64,000 nucleotides of DNA from positions 13,384-77,383 of the forward strand of contig JBQCJR010000598.1 in assembly GCA_051952595.1 (NCBI GenBank), written 5' to 3'. The stretch's first letter is position 1; the number at the start of each line of letters is the position of its first letter. The DNA comes from Kofleriaceae bacterium (GTDB lineage: Bacteria > Myxococcota_A > Polyangia > Haliangiales > Haliangiaceae). The position numbers and the translations under genes were made by a program. The notes beneath the pieces were generated by a model. It was not told the DNA's origin and did not search any database. It was given only the letters and a program-made list of their open reading frames with translations. Below, one piece after another: positions 59,949-64,000 of this stretch.

Positions 59949-60571
59949 AGCTCTCTCCCGCGATGCTGTGCGCCGCAGCGCTGGAGGTGCTGGAGAGCCT
60001 GCCGCCGGAGCAGGTCGTCTGGGCGCCGATGAGCGCGCGCTTCACCGCGAAGCAGATGATGGTGGAGATCGCCAATCGCACGACGGATGGTGTGCACTAC
60101 GCGAACACCCTCTTCCGCATCGCTTCGGCGTGGGCACAGAGGGCTGGTGATGTGGATGCCCGCGCGCGGGACCTCGCCGAGCGCGTTCGCCGGCTCGAGG
60201 TGGTCATCCTGCGCGCCGGCCTCCCCCTCCCGGATCGCACCCCCGACGTGGAGCCGATCGAGGCTCTGGCCGCGGATGCCAGCGCCGGCGCCGCCGCTCG
60301 CGCTGAGGCCGTGCAACTCCGCGAGGAGCGTGCAGCGTTCCAGGCCGCGATCGGCTGGACGGGCGATGTCTCGTGGGTGGAGCCTGAGCACGTGGCCGCG
60401 CTTCTGGCGCATCACCGCCGGCGCGCCGACGAGGCCGAGCGCAAGCTGGCGGCGATGAACGCCGCGCCCGCTCCGGCGACGGATCGTCCGGTGACGCCCA
60501 CCCCGCCGTCCGCGACCACGCCGCAGCCCAAGAGACCGCAGCTCCGCGTGGTGCCTCGCGCGCGCACGTAG
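59945..60571 (+). CDS. hypothetical protein (208 aa)
   Basis: GTG 59945 forms a GTGA overlap with the upstream stop. Confidence 0.6.
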   Translation: MKLSPAMLCAAALEVLESLPPEQVVWAPMSARFTAKQMMVEIANRTTDGVHYANTLFRIASAWAQRAGDVDARARDLAERVRRLEVVILRAGLPLPDRTPDVEPIEALAADASAGAAARAEAVQLREERAAFQAAIGWTGDVSWVEPEHVAALLAHHRRRADEAERKLAAMNAAPAPATDRPVTPTPPSATTPQPKRPQLRVVPRART

Positions 60572-60604
60572 CTGTCCAACGTCGTACGCGGTACCATCTC
60601 CTCC

Positions 60605-62164
60605 ATGGCGGAACCTACACGGCTCGGAACGGTGCTCGCGCAGATGCAACACGACACGATAGCGACCAGCGTCGACGTCGGTGCGTACGCCGGCTTCCCG
60701 GTGGCTACGGTGGTGGACAAGGACGGGCACGTGAGGCTCGCCAAGCAGATCCATCCGCGGCCGGAGAAGCTCAACGACGACATGGCGAGCCCGATGGCTG
60801 CAGAGCCGCCGCATGGTGCAACGCTGCTCGAACTGTTTCGCTCCTCCCCCGACGAGCCGTCGGTGTTCGCCTTCGATGTTCTTCCCGATGGCGATCTGGT
60901 GGTGATGACGCAGGACGGGCAGCGGCATGTGAGCCGACGCCGGCTGCACGCGATGCTGAAGGCTCGCGCTGCCTTGGAGAACCTCTCTGGAGAGTGCTTC
61001 ACCGCCTTCGGTCCCGCGTCACGGTATGGGGAGATGGCCAAGGCGAACGCGGGCGCCGTCATGGGCACGCGCGACCAGCCGATGGAGCGGTACTTCTCCG
61101 TCCTATGGGGTCGCGCCCGCGCGGCCGACTGGCGCGCCTTGGCGAAGCGCACTGACGTGGAGCTGGTGCGGGCGACGGCGCTCGCCGCTGCTGATGCGCT
61201 TGACGAACTGGGTGATGTTCTCTCGGATGACGCCGACGTCCAGACGATGACGGACACCGCGCACTCATCCGCCACGCCGAACGCAGTCCCGCTCAAGAAC
61301 AAGGAGTTCGCTATGCACATCGCGCCCGCGCTGACGGATGAGGAGTGCGCTTTGGTCAGGCCGCTCATGCGCGTTGGCGGTGTCCATGAGATCGCGCGCC
61401 GGATGCGACCGGACGGGACCCTGGAAGTCACCGCTCGCGGAGGCCGCAGCGGCGAAGACGGTCTCTGCTTCATGCTGCCCGACGACTCGGCAGATCACTC
61501 ATGCGGACAGCCTGTGTGGTTCGACCGGTGCTCCGGTCACTACTACACCGGGACCGGGTACGTCGTCCGGGTCGTCAGCTGGCCGATAAAGGCGGAGGGG
61601 GAGCGGTGGTTCGAGGAGGCCGCCGAGTGCGCAGCCATCTTGCTCAAAGCTCCGCGCTACATCGAGGCATCACTCGCGGCTCGGCGTCGCGCGCTCGAGG
61701 CGATGCTGACCTCAGGCCCCGCCCCCATCACGGCTGCCGTGCTGGAACACCGTCGACGCCATGGTCTGGTCGATAGGGATTCGGACGCCTTGGTGTGCAA
61801 GGCGATGTGGATGGGGTTGACGCCAGGCCAGGCGACTGTCGAGCACCACCCGCCTGCCTCCATGGAAAAGGGCATCTTCTCGCCCGTCGAGGTGCGCGCC
61901 TGGAACAACAGGATGGGCGCCAGCGCGCTCGAACTGCCCAACGTCCCTCGCGTGGTCCTTGAGATGGGCTGCCGACGTGGGCCGGCATGGGAGCGCTACC
62001 GCCGGGAGGTGCTGGCGCTTGCCGACGAGGCCAACTGCCGTCCCGAGCCGGTGCGCTTGGCCATCACCGACTTCACCCGGCTCGCGGCCCTGCTGGACGG
62101 GGAGGAGCGCGCGCATGTCGTGGTACTCCGACTGCTTGCGGAGGCCGTCCGTATCGTGTGGTGA
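60605..62164 (+). CDS. hypothetical protein (519 aa)
   Basis: Track ORF with balanced composition. No motif recognised. Confidence 0.6.
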   Translation: MAEPTRLGTVLAQMQHDTIATSVDVGAYAGFPVATVVDKDGHVRLAKQIHPRPEKLNDDMASPMAAEPPHGATLLELFRSSPDEPSVFAFDVLPDGDLVVMTQDGQRHVSRRRLHAMLKARAALENLSGECFTAFGPASRYGEMAKANAGAVMGTRDQPMERYFSVLWGRARAADWRALAKRTDVELVRATALAAADALDELGDVLSDDADVQTMTDTAHSSATPNAVPLKNKEFAMHIAPALTDEECALVRPLMRVGGVHEIARRMRPDGTLEVTARGGRSGEDGLCFMLPDDSADHSCGQPVWFDRCSGHYYTGTGYVVRVVSWPIKAEGERWFEEAAECAAILLKAPRYIEASLAARRRALEAMLTSGPAPITAAVLEHRRRHGLVDRDSDALVCKAMWMGLTPGQATVEHHPPASMEKGIFSPVEVRAWNNRMGASALELPNVPRVVLEMGCRRGPAWERYRREVLALADEANCRPEPVRLAITDFTRLAALLDGEERAHVVVLRLLAEAVRIVW

Positions 62165-62226
62165 CCGACGTCAGTCCAACCAACGCCACACAAAGGTGAT
62201 ACCGACTCTCTAGGGCACCTCCGCTC

Positions 62227-62838
62227 ATGCCGTGCTACGCAGGGCGCATGAGCACGATCTTCTCCGTCGCCTTCACCGCGATCCTCTCCTTGGCCCGGGC
62301 GCCCGCTGTCAACGTTGACGCCGAGCGACCGCGCCTGGAGGAGCTTGCGCGCAGCATCGCTCACGCCGTCGAGATCCGCGCAGACCTCGACGCCTACCTG
62401 CCGGGCAGCGTCACGCCCATCCCGTTCAAGGGCCCCGAGGCGCGCTCGGCTGCGGCGCTCGCCTTGGTGGCCATCGCCTTCCACGAGAGCGCGTTCCGAG
62501 CCGACGTGGCCACCTGCAAGCGCGTCGGCAACCCGGACCCGAGCATCACGCTCTTCCAGCTGAACGGTGCCTACGGCCGAGGGCCCTACAGCCAAGCCGA
62601 GCTCTGCGCGTCGAACAAGCTCGCGGCCGAGCGCGCTCTCTACATCTTCGCCCACCACGGCAGCCGGTGCGGCACCCCCGCGGGCTGGTTCCGTGGGTAC
62701 GCCGCCGGGAACTGCGGTCGGGTCTCCGGCGCAGCTCGCCGGCAGTGCGCCATCTGGGAGCGGCTGGCCAAGCGAGCCGGGCTCAGGGCGTCCTGCGACG
62801 TGGCCACCGTCCGGCGCGAGGAGCCGTCAGCTACCTGA
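62227..62838 (+). CDS. SLT-domain lytic transglycosylase (lysin-like) with signal peptide
   Basis: Track ORF; ATG 62248 is an alternative start. Segments: MSTIFSVAFTAILSLARAPA, then AIAFHESAFRADV (catalytic E-S) and TLFQLNG. Confidence 0.7.
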   Translation: MPCYAGRMSTIFSVAFTAILSLARAPAVNVDAERPRLEELARSIAHAVEIRADLDAYLPGSVTPIPFKGPEARSAAALALVAIAFHESAFRADVATCKRVGNPDPSITLFQLNGAYGRGPYSQAELCASNKLAAERALYIFAHHGSRCGTPAGWFRGYAAGNCGRVSGAARRQCAIWERLAKRAGLRASCDVATVRREEPSAT

Positions 62839-63369
62839 CCGGGCGTGCTCCTCCTCGAGCACGGCTTCCTCGAGCGCCGCGTCTTCCTCCCCATCCACCG
62901 CGATGCGGAGCTTCACCGCGACCTCGCGCAGATCCCCCCTGATGCGCGCGCCGGAGACGGAGCCGCCCAGGCGGATGCCATCGAGCCCCGGGTTCCGCTT
63001 CCCAGCGCGGTGCATGCGCCGCACGTACGCCTTCTCCGCGTCCAGCAGCGCCCGCCAGTCCTCCTTGGAGCCGCCGGGTGTTGGGTCGAAGCCATCCCAG
63101 TAGACAGAGTGCCCTCCGGGCCAGAGACCACGAACGACGATGGTTGCGGCGTACGAGATCGACCGCCGCGGGAGCCGCTTGCTGTACTCCTCGAGCGCCT
63201 CGTCCTGGTCGTCGGTGATGAAAACGCACCTCCACATGTCGCCCCGCCGACCCGAGTGCCGCATCACGTAGAAGCGATCGTGGAGTCGCTCGTCGGTTCC
63301 GGCCATCGCGCGCGTGATGGCGTCGACGTCCTCCCTGCTGAGCTGAGAGCGTCGGGGCATCAGCGGCAT
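62827..63369 (-). CDS. hypothetical protein (180 aa) coupled to the sigma factor gene
   Basis: ATG 63369 forms a TGATG overlap with the sigma stop; ATG 63378 in the same frame is also possible. Confidence 0.6.
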   Translation of the reverse strand: MPLMPRRSQLSREDVDAITRAMAGTDERLHDRFYVMRHSGRRGDMWRCVFITDDQDEALEEYSKRLPRRSISYAATIVVRGLWPGGHSVYWDGFDPTPGGSKEDWRALLDAEKAYVRRMHRAGKRNPGLDGIRLGGSVSGARIRGDLREVAVKLRIAVDGEEDAALEEAVLEEEHARSGS

Positions 63370-63379
63370 CAGCGGCATC
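63356..63379. repeat. 9-bp tandem repeat GGCATCAGC x2 plus partial third unit at the gene junction
   Basis: Units at 63356..63364, 63365..63373 and 63374..63379. On the minus strand this reads ATGCCGCTG ATGCCGCTG ATGCC, giving MPLMPLMP and containing the sigma factor stop codon. Confidence 0.9.
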
Positions 63380-63953
63380 GGTAAGGCGCCAGCGCGCGAG
63401 CAAGGGAACTCAGGGCCCGCTTCCTCACCTTCCACAGCGTGCACTCGGGCCGGTTCATGAGGATGCTGACGTCGTGCATCTCCACCTCGTCGAGGTCATG
63501 CCGTACGAGCACCTCGCGCTCCTCTGGCTGCAGCCGCATCATGGCCGCGCGCAGCGCACGAAGTTGCACATCAGTGGTCAGCGCGTCTTCCACGTCGACC
63601 TCGTGCGCTCCGAGCTTCACCCTCGCGCGCGGGCGGTCACGCCGCACCGCGGCCCGCTCCTCGTGCTTCAGCTTCTGGTACCGGGTGATGGCGTGCAGCC
63701 ATGACCGCGCGTCGGTGAGGACCGGAGCGTAGGTGTCGAAGCTCTTGAAGGCGCCGAGGAGGACTTCCTGGCTGACATCATCCACGGCGGACTCCTCCAA
63801 GCCCAGCCTGCGCAGCCACCGCTTCACCTCGGCGGGCCTCGCCGGGCTGAAGAGGTACGCCCGGGCCTTGGCCTTGGTGTTGACGGGGCGGCTTCGCTTC
63901 CGGCGAGCGCGCTCCGCTGACTCGGGCTTCCGCTCTCGCTTCTGGGCGCTCAT
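63369..63953 (-). CDS. ECF-type sigma-70 family sigma factor
   Basis: Track ORF of 194 aa with GGAGG upstream of ATG 63953. Region 2-like: VDDVSQEVLLGAFKSFDTY...SWLHAITRY. Region 4-like: LQPEEREVLVRHDLDEVEMHDVSILMNRPECTLWKVRKRAL. Confidence 0.8.
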   Translation of the reverse strand: MSAQKRERKPESAERARRKRSRPVNTKAKARAYLFSPARPAEVKRWLRRLGLEESAVDDVSQEVLLGAFKSFDTYAPVLTDARSWLHAITRYQKLKHEERAAVRRDRPRARVKLGAHEVDVEDALTTDVQLRALRAAMMRLQPEEREVLVRHDLDEVEMHDVSILMNRPECTLWKVRKRALSSLARALAPYRCR

Positions 63954-64000
63954 CGGCCGCGCCCTCCGGTGCGAGGTGAGCGCAGGGCGGCGCTGTCGGG

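Larger units (their letters stand above)
1..64000. mobile_element. Temperate-phage / prophage-like integrative element (window lies inside it; ends not seen)
   Basis: Tyrosine integrase + Xis-like HTH, XRE repressor at divergent promoters, RecT/exonuclease, replication organizer-DnaC-DnaB, RuvC-like resolvase, many orphan DNA methylases, tRNA cluster, SLT lysin, ECF sigma. No housekeeping gene recognised. Confidence 0.75.

Noticed and set aside
1-64000. Insertion sequences, transposases, toxin-antitoxin pairs, a reverse transcriptase (retron or DGR), and restriction endonucleases
   Set aside because: I looked for DDE or HUH transposase, RT (YxDD), PIN or RelE-like signatures and terminal inverted repeats in the credible ORFs, and recognised none. 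Absence by eye is not proof.

Overview
Very GC-rich, gene-dense 64-kb window. I recognise no housekeeping gene, and it reads as the interior of a temperate-phage or prophage-like integrative element whose ends lie outside the window. Genes sit in nine alternating strand blocks. Within blocks, genes are chained by ATGA/GTGA/TGATG start-stop overlaps.

Recognisable modules:
- Recombination: RecT, a Cas4-like Fe-S PD-(D/E)XK exonuclease and a FEN-type 5' nuclease.
- Replication: an organizer-like initiator containing an 11-bp repeat and palindrome array, a DnaC-like loader and DnaB.
- Control and integration: an XRE-type repressor at a divergent promoter region, and an Xis-like HTH plus tyrosine integrase preceded by TCCGACCA direct repeats.
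- Other: a RuvC-like resolvase, a ParB-like domain, three tRNAs (Met-CAT, Leu-CAA, Pro-TGG), an SLT-type lysin and an ECF sigma factor.

The most striking content is the density of DNA-modification functions. There are six methyltransferase-like genes: NPPY type, C5, two Dam-class, a ParB-linked one and a beta-class one. Alongside them are a Mom-like acyltransferase, a TGT/DpdA-like protein, a TrpF-like TIM barrel, and a coupled radical-SAM / unknown / Cys-less DUF5131 cassette.

Other observations:
- Near-identical promoter, operator and 5'-hairpin modules.
- A gene split by a perfect 13-bp tandem duplication.
- A frameshifted exonuclease.
- A G11 tract.
- Several small ORFs that are absent from the ORF track.

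No portal, capsid, tail or tape-measure gene was recognised. All domain calls are by-eye motif recognition; no searches were run.
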